From assembly GCA_963798485.1 (NCBI GenBank), contig CAWCTR010000022.1, positions 64,001-128,000 of the forward strand: a stretch of DNA of 64,000 nucleotides, in the 5' to 3' direction. Every line of letters starts with the position of its first letter. Position 1 is the stretch's first letter. The notes beneath the pieces were generated by a model. The model was not told where the DNA came from. It made no database searches and was given only the letters and a program-made list of their open reading frames with translations. Origin of the DNA: an uncultured delta proteobacterium (GTDB taxonomy: Bacteria; Desulfobacterota; Desulfomonilia; UBA1062). Both the position numbers and the translations under genes were made by a program. Positions 40,206-50,291 of this stretch are shown one piece after another.

Positions 40206-42356
40206 TTATTCAATATGTGTAATAAGTCGTCTCCCAAGTGACAGGGGTAATATACCCGGTATTTGGGAGATATCCTTAGTATAGACCGCTCCTGTTGAAG
40301 ATATGAATTTCATGACACCCTTGTCCGGATCAATAGACGGACCAAAGGCCCTGCCCATAAACATGGCCTCTGTCCCGGTTTGCCTTCCCGTGAGGGCATC
40401 ATACTCTTGAAGCATGGATATGCCGGTGTCGATGCCTCCGCAGGGGGTCTCTTCTTTCCAGGTGCTGATAAAAAACTTGTTGTCCAAGATGGTCATGCCT
40501 GAGGGTGAGCCTCCTTCGAGGGAGACAGACCAAACATTACGGTAAGCGGTATAGCACTCAAGCCTGTTATTGCTTGCCACGATGAGATAAAGCCCCTTTC
40601 GCCGGCTGAACGGACGTATCTCCATAATGGCGTTATCGGTGGTGGTGTTTATGATGCCCTCTCGTTCGAGCCTGTTGTTAAAGAGATAGACAAGGCCGTC
40701 GGATGTACCTGCAAAAACCCCGCCTGTGCACGGGTCATAGCGTACTACATTAATGGTATGGTTTACTTCGAATTGGGCCTGCGCTGCGCCGGTTTCAAGA
40801 TTGTACGCATGCAGGGTGGGGCCATTACTGAGATAGGCCATGGAATCGGATGCATCGAAACAAGACCCGTTATGCTGCCAGAGGACCTGCGGCCCTTGGC
40901 CAATACATGAAATGATGCCCAGCCTGTTCGGGCCTGTTATGACCCGGTCGCCTCTCAGACACACCTCACCTCCGATACCTGTCATAAGCCAGGTCAGGCT
41001 GCCTTCGGGCATGGTGACCTTAAGGAGCTGATCACGGGATGTGGTGCAGTACAGGTCTGTCTGTGTGGCCACAAGGTCATGGGCAAGGCCATTCAGGAAA
41101 AGATCCGGGCATGATACCAGGCTTAAAGGACTAACGACACTCGGTCTGAAAAACCGGCATTTGTCGGTCGTGAGCCAGGGCGGATCGAGGCGTGCCCGGA
41201 GGTTCTTCAGCATCAGATCCTGGTCGTTACGAATCACCATAGGCTGGGTAATAAGCATCTGTTCAGGGGCCAAGATCTCGCGTGCCGGCATATACTGTCC
41301 CCCACCCTTGATAGCCACGCTTCTCAGAAACTCCGTGTCAGGGCCGACAATGTGGACACTGATACCCAGAGACTTCGCATAGGACGAGACATCATCAAGG
41401 CAGTGAGAGCCTTCCCCTTCATAGGCAGTGTCTTTAACGTTTCCATCGTGATCAAAGTCCTTCAGCCAGGGAGGCAGGTGGCCGTCGTTTATGGGAACAC
41501 CTGCAGTAACCAGAATGATATGCTTGCCGGATACACACTGCGAAGGGAACAGCGTTGTTGCTTTATACAATACCTCCGACAAAGGGGCTGAGCCGGATGC
41601 CGGATGAACGCCGTCAAGGCCCTCAAGGATCTTCTGCCAGTCAAGGGTAAAAGGTTGGATTACGCCTTGTGACGTGCTCATAAGGGACACCTCACAGAGA
41701 TCCAAGGATTCAAAGAGCGACCTGGTAAAAGAGAAGGCCTTCGTCCACACGGACATTGCTCCTGTCAGGCTGCCGAGCGCCGGGGCCCTTTGATATGAGT
41801 TGCCCCACCTTCCCTTGAAATAGGTGCCCTCTGCGTTCGTGTAGGTGTCCTCAATCTCGCAGATATCTGAGATGTGGGTTATGCCCCCTGCCGTCCATTT
41901 TGCATAGAGCGCATCATCCGAGTATTCTTGGCCGGATGATGCAGCAGTGGTTATCGAATCATCAACAATGATTATGATATGTGGTCTCTGGGCAATCCGG
42001 GTGATGCCTTGCGTGCAATCCGCGCCCTGTTCTCTTAATGCCACGTGCCAGGAATATGACTGCATAGCGCTGGTTGAGCGTTCGGTGAGCCTGGTGGAGA
42101 AACATATATGGTCCCACCCTTCAGGCGCCCCAAGCAGTTTATTGGTTGAGGATGGCATAGTCCCATCTTGAGGGGCAAAGAGCTGATCTTTAATGATGCG
42201 GTAGAAGGCGTTGCTCGATTTCATATGGTACAAGGTTATGGATGCCGACGTGATGGTCAGCCCCAGGATCACGGCAAGGAGCATAAGCACAAAGGCAAGA
42301 ACAAAGCCTTGCTCATTGGATGGGGGAGGATAAAGAGAGTTCCTTTTCTGTCCCAT
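40206..42356 (-). CDS. PilX-like prepilin N-terminus fused to PilY1-like vWA and beta-propeller regions
   Basis: NEQG|FVL...hydrophobic helix...NAFY; PHIIIIVDDS, PLSEVLY.A, HIILVTAGVP, LDDVSSY, GGGQY; C-terminal beta repeats ending TPCGG...SML..YDALTG. Confidence 0.65.
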   Translation of the reverse strand: MGQKRNSLYPPPSNEQGFVLAFVLMLLAVILGLTITSASITLYHMKSSNAFYRIIKDQLFAPQDGTMPSSTNKLLGAPEGWDHICFSTRLTERSTSAMQSYSWHVALREQGADCTQGITRIAQRPHIIIIVDDSITTAASSGQEYSDDALYAKWTAGGITHISDICEIEDTYTNAEGTYFKGRWGNSYQRAPALGSLTGAMSVWTKAFSFTRSLFESLDLCEVSLMSTSQGVIQPFTLDWQKILEGLDGVHPASGSAPLSEVLYKATTLFPSQCVSGKHIILVTAGVPINDGHLPPWLKDFDHDGNVKDTAYEGEGSHCLDDVSSYAKSLGISVHIVGPDTEFLRSVAIKGGGQYMPAREILAPEQMLITQPMVIRNDQDLMLKNLRARLDPPWLTTDKCRFFRPSVVSPLSLVSCPDLFLNGLAHDLVATQTDLYCTTSRDQLLKVTMPEGSLTWLMTGIGGEVCLRGDRVITGPNRLGIISCIGQGPQVLWQHNGSCFDASDSMAYLSNGPTLHAYNLETGAAQAQFEVNHTINVVRYDPCTGGVFAGTSDGLVYLFNNRLEREGIINTTTDNAIMEIRPFSRRKGLYLIVASNNRLECYTAYRNVWSVSLEGGSPSGMTILDNKFFISTWKEETPCGGIDTGISMLQEYDALTGRQTGTEAMFMGRAFGPSIDPDKGVMKFISSTGAVYTKDISQIPGILPLSLGRRLITHIE

Positions 42357-42999
42357 GGTATCTTGACCTCATGTGAATTGTCAGATCATTGCCTGAAATC
42401 GTTGGATGAAAGAGGACCACCGCCTCTGCAAGCAGTTCGTTGTTTCGGTAGAGGCCGTCTCCCTTCAGCTCATAATGGATAGCCGGGACCACCCTGTCAC
42501 CCTGTGCAGGCATTACGGCGCATATCAGAGGGACCCTGTTGTTACCCCGTTTATAGTTGTGGCCTACAACACCCGGGCCGCTCTCGGTTAATATTCCAAG
42601 GTCGGCCCAAAAGTCTGCATGGCCGTCATTGTCGATATCTACGGTATCGAGTATTGCGCCCCCGTCAACTGAGGAATTGATGAGTGCATAGTAAGGCGCC
42701 GGATTGGTCAAGGATATGTTGATGCCGGGATTTTCCGATGTGACAGGCACCCCTGCAATAAAAAGTTCACTGCCCTGAACCGCAATCTTAAGGTCCTGCG
42801 GGAGCAGTAATGCGCACTGTACGAGATCTGCATTCAAGCGGATCGAGGCCTGGCGGAGCGACTGCATGCAGTACCATGCCTCTCTCATTTCTTGATGCGT
42901 AACAGCCGACACCTGGTAGAACTGATAGAGCGCGAGAAAGAGTATTGATGAGCATGCAAGCGCTATAAGCAGCTCCACCAGGCCCACACCTTTTTCCAT
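42313..42999 (-). CDS. PilW-like minor pilin
   Basis: Class III signal MEKG|VGLVELLIAL with Glu+5; Q.LR.A...L..DL helix; LYRN...LAE.V tail. Confidence 0.75.
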   Translation of the reverse strand: MEKGVGLVELLIALACSSILFLALYQFYQVSAVTHQEMREAWYCMQSLRQASIRLNADLVQCALLLPQDLKIAVQGSELFIAGVPVTSENPGINISLTNPAPYYALINSSVDGGAILDTVDIDNDGHADFWADLGILTESGPGVVGHNYKRGNNRVPLICAVMPAQGDRVVPAIHYELKGDGLYRNNELLAEAVVLFHPTISGNDLTIHMRSRYHGTEKELSLSSPIQ

Positions 43000-43212
43000 C
43001 CCGCACCCCTTTCACTATACAACGTGCCCATATGAAAGGAAGGATAATCCTTGGGAAGAGAAATCAAAAAAAGAAGGGTGGCATGCTCAACAATAATACA
43101 GAATTAGAGTATAATACTATTAACCCCGTGCTTGTCAAGGGATGAAAGTGGACCCTGGAAAAAGGCAATGGACAACCTGAAAAGATATTGATAATAATCG
43201 CACCAAAACAAG

Positions 43213-44865
43213 ATGGAGCGCATGCAGAGCAGGGGGAATATATTTATCGCGGTCATTGTGGTGATCGCCATTGCCATGACCCTGTTCCTGATTGTACCCC
43301 TTGGCGGTAAGGTCGGACAGCTCAGGGAGGCCACCATCTCGTTCATCTTCCGGAAGCCCCCGCAGTTCATCTCCATGGAAGTAGAAGTAGATGGGCTCCG
43401 CAAGGTGATAAGGGCGGGTGAGTCACTCAAGATCAAGGGTGGAGAGACTATCATCATCACAAAGATCCAAGCGAATACGTTCTTCGAATCATACCTCACT
43501 GCCGATGTTGTAGGCTTCGGCAAGCCAAACGACATGAATGAACCCATCGATACAGTGGAGATCCGCAATCAGCTCATAGCAGCCGGCATCAAATCGGTCC
43601 CTATTGATGTCTATTACCTGGACCACAAGATCGCCAAGGTCCCCCTTGAGTTGGATCTGACCGAGCAGGACTTTATCAATCAGATAAAATCAGCCAAGAG
43701 CGATGAGGAAAAGATCCCGCTGCTGCGCTCTGCCCATGCGACCTTTCCAAAGAATAATTACTTCCTGGAAGAGCTTGATAAGCTCTTAAGCGCTAAAGAA
43801 GATTACCAGGCCCTGGTGGGGATCTACAAGGGTGTTGTGGAAGCCGATCCTGCGAATGTGGCGGCATACTCGAACCTCTCAGCGTATTACATAAAGCTGA
43901 AGAACTACGATGAGGCCCTTGCCATGTGCCGAAAAATTATTGATGCGGGCAAGGCGGATGCGGTCATTTACCGCCGCATGGCATATATCGAAGGCGAAAA
44001 GGGTGATCTTGAAAACCGTGTGGTATACCTGAAAAAGGCCCTGGAGTTTGATAAACAAAACGAATCCGTGGTCGTCGACCTGGCCAAGACCTATGAACAG
44101 GCAGGCATGAAACAGCAGGCCCTTGATGTGTACCAGTCCGCTTCGGATACTGCCAAGGATAGGGATATCCTTATTCCGCTGATTCAAAATGCGCTGAAAA
44201 CCGGAGAGTATAAAAAGGCGCTCGACCTTCTGAAACGCTACCTTCAGCGCTACCCCCAGGATAAAAACGCACTGGCGCAGCTTGCCATGGTCATGGGCAA
44301 GCTGGGTGACACAAAAGCGCAGGTGACGTATTACTTAAGGGCAGCAGAACTTTCGCCTTCAGACAGCGTGCTCTGGTATAACCTCGGTGTTGCCCGCGAG
44401 AAACAGGGCGATGCCAAGGGCGCCCTTGACGCCTATGCAAAGGTGCTCCGGATAAAGAAAGGCGATATGGATTCACTCCAGAGTGCGGCAGCCCTGTCAT
44501 TGAAACTCGGCCAATACAAGGATGCATACGCATATTATTCATCCCTGGCGGGAAAGACCTCCAAAAAGGAACACCTGAAGGGCCTTGTGAGCGCTGCTGT
44601 AGGATTGAAGGACCAGGACAAGGTTATCGATGCGGCTACCTTGTTCCTCAAGAAGAACAAGGACCATGATGTGGCCATAGCACTCGGGTATGCCTATGAG
44701 GGGAGGGCTTCCGCACATGAGCCCCGGACAAGGTTGGATGACCTGAATAAGGCACTGGAGGCATTTCAGACAGCCAGGAGGATCAATCCCGCCTCCAAGG
44801 TTGCCGGCGAGAAGATACCCGAGCTTAAGATTGAAATCCTTAGGCTCAGGAAGGCGCGGCAGTAA
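43213..44865 (+). CDS. Membrane-anchored tetratricopeptide-repeat protein
   Basis: N-terminal TM helix, a beta-rich domain, then many TPR motifs. Confidence 0.8.
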   Translation: MERMQSRGNIFIAVIVVIAIAMTLFLIVPLGGKVGQLREATISFIFRKPPQFISMEVEVDGLRKVIRAGESLKIKGGETIIITKIQANTFFESYLTADVVGFGKPNDMNEPIDTVEIRNQLIAAGIKSVPIDVYYLDHKIAKVPLELDLTEQDFINQIKSAKSDEEKIPLLRSAHATFPKNNYFLEELDKLLSAKEDYQALVGIYKGVVEADPANVAAYSNLSAYYIKLKNYDEALAMCRKIIDAGKADAVIYRRMAYIEGEKGDLENRVVYLKKALEFDKQNESVVVDLAKTYEQAGMKQQALDVYQSASDTAKDRDILIPLIQNALKTGEYKKALDLLKRYLQRYPQDKNALAQLAMVMGKLGDTKAQVTYYLRAAELSPSDSVLWYNLGVAREKQGDAKGALDAYAKVLRIKKGDMDSLQSAAALSLKLGQYKDAYAYYSSLAGKTSKKEHLKGLVSAAVGLKDQDKVIDAATLFLKKNKDHDVAIALGYAYEGRASAHEPRTRLDDLNKALEAFQTARRINPASKVAGEKIPELKIEILRLRKARQ

Positions 44866-44906
44866 TTTCGCGTGCGTGTATGAGCCTTGGGGGCCAAACA
44901 CATATC

Positions 44907-45581
44907 ATGAAGAGGACCTTTGCCATCGGCGACATCCATGGATGTCTTGACAAACTCAAAGACCTCATATCGCTCATCGACCCCGGCCCGAGGGACAGCC
45001 TGATCTTCCTGGGTGATTACATCGACCGGGGCGAATCCGCCTCCGAGGTGATCGATTTCCTCATAGATCTTGCGAGCAGGGTTACCTGTACTTTTTTAAG
45101 GGGCAACCATGAGGATATGTTTATCACCTTCTTGGAGTTCGGCTCGAATAAGACCATCTTTTTTGCCAATGGCGGCCTTAAGACCATTGAGTCCTACGTC
45201 AAGCCCGAGCGTTTTACCGGCAATGACCAGGTGGCGCGTAAGCTGCCCGAGGCGCATAGAGATTTTTTCTCAAAGCTCAAACTGTATCATGAGGATGACG
45301 GGTATCTTTATGTGCATGCAGGCATCAAGCCCGGCAAGCCCATGAAAGGACAGGACAAGTATGACCTTATCTGGATCAGGGACGAGTTCATCTTTTCGCC
45401 GACCGGGATGAAGAAGAAGGTGATCTTCGGGCATACACCCTTTGCCAGGCCCATGGTAAAACCGGATAAGATCGGGATAGATACCGGGGCGGTCTATGGC
45501 GGGGTTCTCACGGCCATAGAGATCCCCGGCGAAACATTCATAGAGTCTTTCAGGCAGGCACAGGCCTCATCGAGAGAATAA
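44907..45581 (+). CDS. PPP-family (PrpA/ApaH-like) metallophosphoesterase
   Basis: GDIHG, GDYIDRG, RGNHE, HAG, GHTP, IDTG. Confidence 0.93.
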   Translation: MKRTFAIGDIHGCLDKLKDLISLIDPGPRDSLIFLGDYIDRGESASEVIDFLIDLASRVTCTFLRGNHEDMFITFLEFGSNKTIFFANGGLKTIESYVKPERFTGNDQVARKLPEAHRDFFSKLKLYHEDDGYLYVHAGIKPGKPMKGQDKYDLIWIRDEFIFSPTGMKKKVIFGHTPFARPMVKPDKIGIDTGAVYGGVLTAIEIPGETFIESFRQAQASSRE

Positions 45582-45586
45582 CGGCC

Positions 45587-46243
45587 ATGTCCAAGGATTA
45601 TTACCGGATTTTGGAAATATCGAAGGATGCAACATCTTTAGAGATCAAGAAGACCTACCGCAGGCTCGCCCTTCAATATCACCCTGATCGTAACGCCGAT
45701 GATGCGGCCTTAGAGCATTTCAAGGAGATCACCGAGGCATACGGGGTGCTTATCGATCCGGACAAGCGGCACAAATATGACCTGCAGCGGGGATTCTCCT
45801 TCAACCGGGAGACGGTGTTCGAAGATATCCTGTCCAAATCAGAGTTCCGGGACGTCTTCGATGATCTGCCCATACGCAAAGAATGGATTGATCGCATATT
45901 GAATGTGAGCAAGGTACTTGCGTATGAGGCCTTTGTAGTGGGAGGAACGCCCAGTGCAATCCTCAGGCGGTCTATGGTGCGCCTGGCATCGCAGGGCTTG
46001 AACAGGATGTTCCATGCAGTCATGGACATGCATGAAAGGGTTGCCATCCCTTCAAGTATTGCCGTGCTCGGGGGATACATAACCCTGGAGTACAGGCCTG
46101 GCTTCGTGAAACACAAGATCCGTGTGAAAATACCCAGGAACACGCAGCAAGGCATAATGCTCAGGGTCGTGGGGATGGGCAGGTCAAGCCCGTCAAGAAA
46201 GGCAGGGGACCTCTATTTGCAGGTGGACATCGAATCGTTGTAA
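45587..46243 (+). CDS. J-domain protein with a short DnaJ_C-like tail
   Basis: DYY.IL, HPD motif, C-terminal V.IP....G..LR..G.G...GDLYL. Confidence 0.85.
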   Translation: MSKDYYRILEISKDATSLEIKKTYRRLALQYHPDRNADDAALEHFKEITEAYGVLIDPDKRHKYDLQRGFSFNRETVFEDILSKSEFRDVFDDLPIRKEWIDRILNVSKVLAYEAFVVGGTPSAILRRSMVRLASQGLNRMFHAVMDMHERVAIPSSIAVLGGYITLEYRPGFVKHKIRVKIPRNTQQGIMLRVVGMGRSSPSRKAGDLYLQVDIESL

Positions 46244-47157
46244 ATGACGATCTGGTTCTTGCCGTGCGTCTTGCCCCAGTACATGGCTGCATCCGCCATT
46301 TTTATGACCTCGTGCGGATCGCTGGAGTCCTTCGGCAGGCTTGAAAGGCCCATGGTGACGCTGACCTCAAGCGTTGATTCAACCGTTGTGCAGATACGCT
46401 CGGAGACCACCACGGCCTCTTCAATTGAGGTCTCAGGGAAGAGGATAATGAACTCCTCTCCGCCATAGCGGGCAAGGATGTCGCAGTTTCTCGTGTTATG
46501 CCTGAACACATGGGACAGGCGCATGATCAGTTCATTGCCCTTTTCATGCCCATTGGCGTCGTTGTACTTCTTGAAATCGTCGATATCGATCATGGCCAGA
46601 GACATTGTCCTGTTGTACCGCAGGTGTCTCGATACCTCGTTCTTGAGGACGCTCATGAGGTGCCGGAAGTTGTACATGCCCGTAAGCTCGTCGGTCCGGG
46701 AAAGGTTCCGGTAGTAGCCGGCCAGCTCGGCCTCCTCTTTGAGCCTGACCTCTTCGAGGATCCTCCGGATAGTGAGATGGAGGTGGTCGAGCAGAATCGG
46801 TTTTGTAATGAAATCCGAGGCCCCGAGCTTCATGCATTCCACGGCATCACGTATGGTGCCGTATCCGGTAATCATGATGGCCTGGATATCGGTCCTGATC
46901 TTTTTGATGGATTTCAATAACTCCGAACCTGTCATGCCCGGAAGGTGAAGATCCACAATGGCTATATGAAAGAGGTCTTTCTGGACGATTGCAATCGCCT
47001 GTTCCCCGCTCATGGCGGTCGTCACGTCAAAATCATGCCCTAAGAGATACTCTTCAATGAGATCAAGGGTCTCCTGTTCATCATCCACAATCAGGACCCG
47101 CGTTTTTTTCATCACAAGCATGGCACCCATCGTATTAGCCGCTCTCCTTGTCCTCAC
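46213..47157 (-). CDS. REC-GGDEF diguanylate cyclase
   Basis: REC domain (VDDE, DLHLP, KP); DIDDFK, I-site RNCD, RYGGEEF. Confidence 0.93.
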   Translation of the reverse strand: MRTRRAANTMGAMLVMKKTRVLIVDDEQETLDLIEEYLLGHDFDVTTAMSGEQAIAIVQKDLFHIAIVDLHLPGMTGSELLKSIKKIRTDIQAIMITGYGTIRDAVECMKLGASDFITKPILLDHLHLTIRRILEEVRLKEEAELAGYYRNLSRTDELTGMYNFRHLMSVLKNEVSRHLRYNRTMSLAMIDIDDFKKYNDANGHEKGNELIMRLSHVFRHNTRNCDILARYGGEEFIILFPETSIEEAVVVSERICTTVESTLEVSVTMGLSSLPKDSSDPHEVIKMADAAMYWGKTHGKNQIVIYNDSMSTCK

Positions 47158-47349
47158 ATAATAATTCCACGAAGAGAACTTACAACTCTACCCATACTAA
47201 CGGATAATTGTCTACAATTCATGAGAGTTATTTTCGTTTACCATCAGAGGGGGTATTGTTGGCACAATAATCTGTAGAGGTGTCCCATAATCTTTTATCT
47301 ATAACAGTATTTCTCCTAAAGATATTTAAAAAAAAGACCGTTAACGGGT

Positions 47350-48159
47350 GTGATGCAACAGGCTTGTCTTATGGAAAAGATTGAACAGCAGATTGAGAGT
47401 ATTCCGACCCTTGAGTCCAGCCGGATGAGGCTCTTTAATGTGCTCCAGGAGGAAGAATCCTCCATAGAGGGTATCGAGCAGGTCATATCCAGTGATCCTG
47501 CCATGGTGGCCAAGGTGATCAAGCTGGCGAACTCTCCGTTCTACCGTCATGCCGATCGGCATGTGGGAATCCGGCAGGCATTACACACCATCGGCCTTGA
47601 CATGGTGAAATGCATCGCCTTGTCCATGGCCGTGATGGAGACCTTTGGCTCCCAGACCCCTCCAATGAAGCAGCTCTGGAAGCATTCCTATGCAGTGGCC
47701 TATATATCAGGTCTGCTCGGGAATTCCAAAGCCGAGAAGGAGTGTCTCTTTACCGGGGGGCTTCTCCATGATATAGGCAGGATGGTGCTGATCTGCAAGA
47801 CCCCTGAACACTATCTTCCCCTTTGTGAGTTCACTGGTTGTTGGCCCGAGCCGGCATTAGAGCACGATGTTTTCGCCATGGACCACACAATAATCGGTGA
47901 GCTGATCGCTAGGCGCTGGCATTTCCCGCCGGAAGTCATAGCCCTGATCAGGTATCATCACGAACCAATGAGCCGTACATCCGCCCTTGTTTATCTGACG
48001 GATCAGGTCGTCATGCAGCATGAGAGGGGTTTGATCTCGGAAGATTTTGAGCAGGAGGTCTTGATCAAGAACCACCTTGGTGATGAATATAAAGATCTTG
48101 TAAATACTATTAGACAAAGGTATAGAACGAACACGGTTATATTTGAAAATTTGGGGTAA
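47350..48159 (+). CDS. Stand-alone HDOD-domain protein
   Basis: DPAM.AKVIKLANSPFY, W.HS, GLLHDIG, H..IG..IA..W.FP, HHEP. Confidence 0.92.
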   Translation: MMQQACLMEKIEQQIESIPTLESSRMRLFNVLQEEESSIEGIEQVISSDPAMVAKVIKLANSPFYRHADRHVGIRQALHTIGLDMVKCIALSMAVMETFGSQTPPMKQLWKHSYAVAYISGLLGNSKAEKECLFTGGLLHDIGRMVLICKTPEHYLPLCEFTGCWPEPALEHDVFAMDHTIIGELIARRWHFPPEVIALIRYHHEPMSRTSALVYLTDQVVMQHERGLISEDFEQEVLIKNHLGDEYKDLVNTIRQRYRTNTVIFENLG

Positions 48160-48167
48160 GGGGCATT

Positions 48168-50291
48168 GTGTTTGCCGTGAAGGAGCTGCATATTCTACGG
48201 GGCGAATCCACAGAGCTTACCTCGACTCGTGAAGGGATCTTGCTTGATCTCCTCAGTAAGGCCTCTGACTTCTATGAACACACGGTAGGCATACTTTCTT
48301 CCATTTTCGAGATCACCGAATTCGTCTCTAAAGGTTCCCCGGAGCGCGACTTCTTTGCTTATGTAACAAATGTGCTCATAGAGGAGTCAAGGTGTGAAAA
48401 CGCCTCCATCTTCATGGTGGAGGGCGAGGCGGTCGTACTCAAGGCCGCATCCGGCATAGCAATCAATAATGCCAATCCTCACGTGAGCATGGCGCTGGGA
48501 GAGGGCGTTGCCGGAACCTGTGCACAGGACGGGAAGACCATCTTAGTTCACGATGTACAAGACTGTGAATTTTTCAAGAAGATGGATTCCGCCAAGGTTG
48601 CCATTGGTTCCATGCTGTGCGTGCCCATTAAGGAAGGAAACAGGACGCTGGGCGTCATGAACCTGTCCCATTCTTGCAAGGGCTATTTCAATGTCCATTA
48701 TGTTCGGGTGTTTGAGCTCATGGGCTTGCTTATCGGCCAGATGCTTACCCTGGTCCAGCTTTATGAAGTCTTCCAGCGGAAGAATTCGGATTTGACCGAA
48801 CTCTTAAACCAGAGAGACGATTCTTTACGAAGCGTTACCGAGAGGTATAAGGCGGTTGTCGATATTTCCGAGGAGATGATATTCATTATCGACAAGGCAG
48901 GCCGTGTCCTGTTTCTCAACAGGGCACTGCAGGGACTCCTGGCAAGGCCGCCAACGACGATTACGGATATCTTCGATGAAACGTGCGTTTCATTGATCCT
49001 TGAAAAGTCCCAGGCAGATACCGGCCGTTCCACCGAGTTTGATCTCAATGTGAAGGTGGGAGAAAAGGCCGATATTATCGCCCAGTTCTTTATCAAGCAT
49101 ATCGATATTGACCAGGTTCTCGTAATTATGCGCGACATTACAGCCAAGAAGCTCATCGAACAGAAGACCATGCAGACAGAGAAGCTCACTTCATTGGGGC
49201 TGCTTACCTCCGGGATAGCCCATGAGCTCAATAACAAGCTCACTCCTATCCTGGGGTTTGCCGACCTCATGGACCCGGATCATCTGAGCCCGCAAGACCG
49301 GAAGAGGCTTTCCATCATCATCAACTCGGCCTCGGCCGCCAAGGGCATTGTGGAATCCCTGCTCAAGTTTTCCCGGAACAAACCCCCGGAGAAGAACATA
49401 TTCGACATGCGCGAGGTTATCAAGAGGACGATGAACCTCTATAGCCCGATCATCAAGAAGCGCGGTATAGAAATCCTCAACGAGGACCCTGAAGAGCCGC
49501 TGTACATTAAGGCAGACATGAATTGCATGGAGCAGGTGCTCGTGAACTTCATCAACAATTCCATCGATGCCATCGATGAGCACCCCGGCACCATCTGGAT
49601 CAGGTCGTTCATCAATGATGAATTTGTGAATGTTACTATTGAGGATACCGGTGGCGGCATCGCTGAAGGCGTTAAGACAAAAATATTTGATCCGTTTTTC
49701 ACCACCAAGCCGAAGGACAAGGGAACAGGACTCGGGCTCTCCATATGCTACGGGATCATTTCCGACCACAAGGGCGAGGTGTTCATTGAAAATACAAGCA
49801 ATGGCGCCATGGCGACCATGAAGGTCCCTGCCATCATGGAGATGGATACCAAAGACAAAGATACTGTTATGGATGATGAGCCCGTCTTCATGCTGGATGA
49901 AGGCCGGAAGAGGCAGAGCCTGATCATGGTGGTGGAGGATGAGGCGGACCTCCTTGACCTCATGGTGGACACCTTGAGCCCGCACTACAAGGTCATCACC
50001 TTCGAGAACGGCAGAAAGGCCTGCGATAACCTCGAAGAGTACGCCTGGGAACTCATTATATCCGACCTGAGGATGCCGGTGATGAACGGCATGGAATTCT
50101 ACCATGAGGCGGTAAAGAAGAACCCGGGTTTAAAAAAAAGGTTCTTGTTCATTACCGGTGATACCTATGACTTTCAGGTGAAGGAATTCCTTGAGACCAC
50201 CGGGGTAACATACCTGAAGAAACCTTTCAGGATCAAGGAATTGAGGGAATCCGTGCACAAGCACCTACAATTGAGGACGGTTAAGGAATGA
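48168..50291 (+). CDS. Hybrid sensor kinase (GAF-PAS-HisKA-HATPase-REC)
   Basis: GEGVAG/SMLCVPI GAF domain; AHELNN; DTGGGI, PFFTTK, GTGLGL; C-terminal REC (SDLRMP). Confidence 0.93.
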   Translation: MFAVKELHILRGESTELTSTREGILLDLLSKASDFYEHTVGILSSIFEITEFVSKGSPERDFFAYVTNVLIEESRCENASIFMVEGEAVVLKAASGIAINNANPHVSMALGEGVAGTCAQDGKTILVHDVQDCEFFKKMDSAKVAIGSMLCVPIKEGNRTLGVMNLSHSCKGYFNVHYVRVFELMGLLIGQMLTLVQLYEVFQRKNSDLTELLNQRDDSLRSVTERYKAVVDISEEMIFIIDKAGRVLFLNRALQGLLARPPTTITDIFDETCVSLILEKSQADTGRSTEFDLNVKVGEKADIIAQFFIKHIDIDQVLVIMRDITAKKLIEQKTMQTEKLTSLGLLTSGIAHELNNKLTPILGFADLMDPDHLSPQDRKRLSIIINSASAAKGIVESLLKFSRNKPPEKNIFDMREVIKRTMNLYSPIIKKRGIEILNEDPEEPLYIKADMNCMEQVLVNFINNSIDAIDEHPGTIWIRSFINDEFVNVTIEDTGGGIAEGVKTKIFDPFFTTKPKDKGTGLGLSICYGIISDHKGEVFIENTSNGAMATMKVPAIMEMDTKDKDTVMDDEPVFMLDEGRKRQSLIMVVEDEADLLDLMVDTLSPHYKVITFENGRKACDNLEEYAWELIISDLRMPVMNGMEFYHEAVKKNPGLKKRFLFITGDTYDFQVKEFLETTGVTYLKKPFRIKELRESVHKHLQLRTVKE

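Noticed and set aside
47259-47276. Sigma54 promoter candidate TTGGCAC (similar candidates near 27483 and 43025)
   Set aside because: No GC at the required GG-N10-GC spacing
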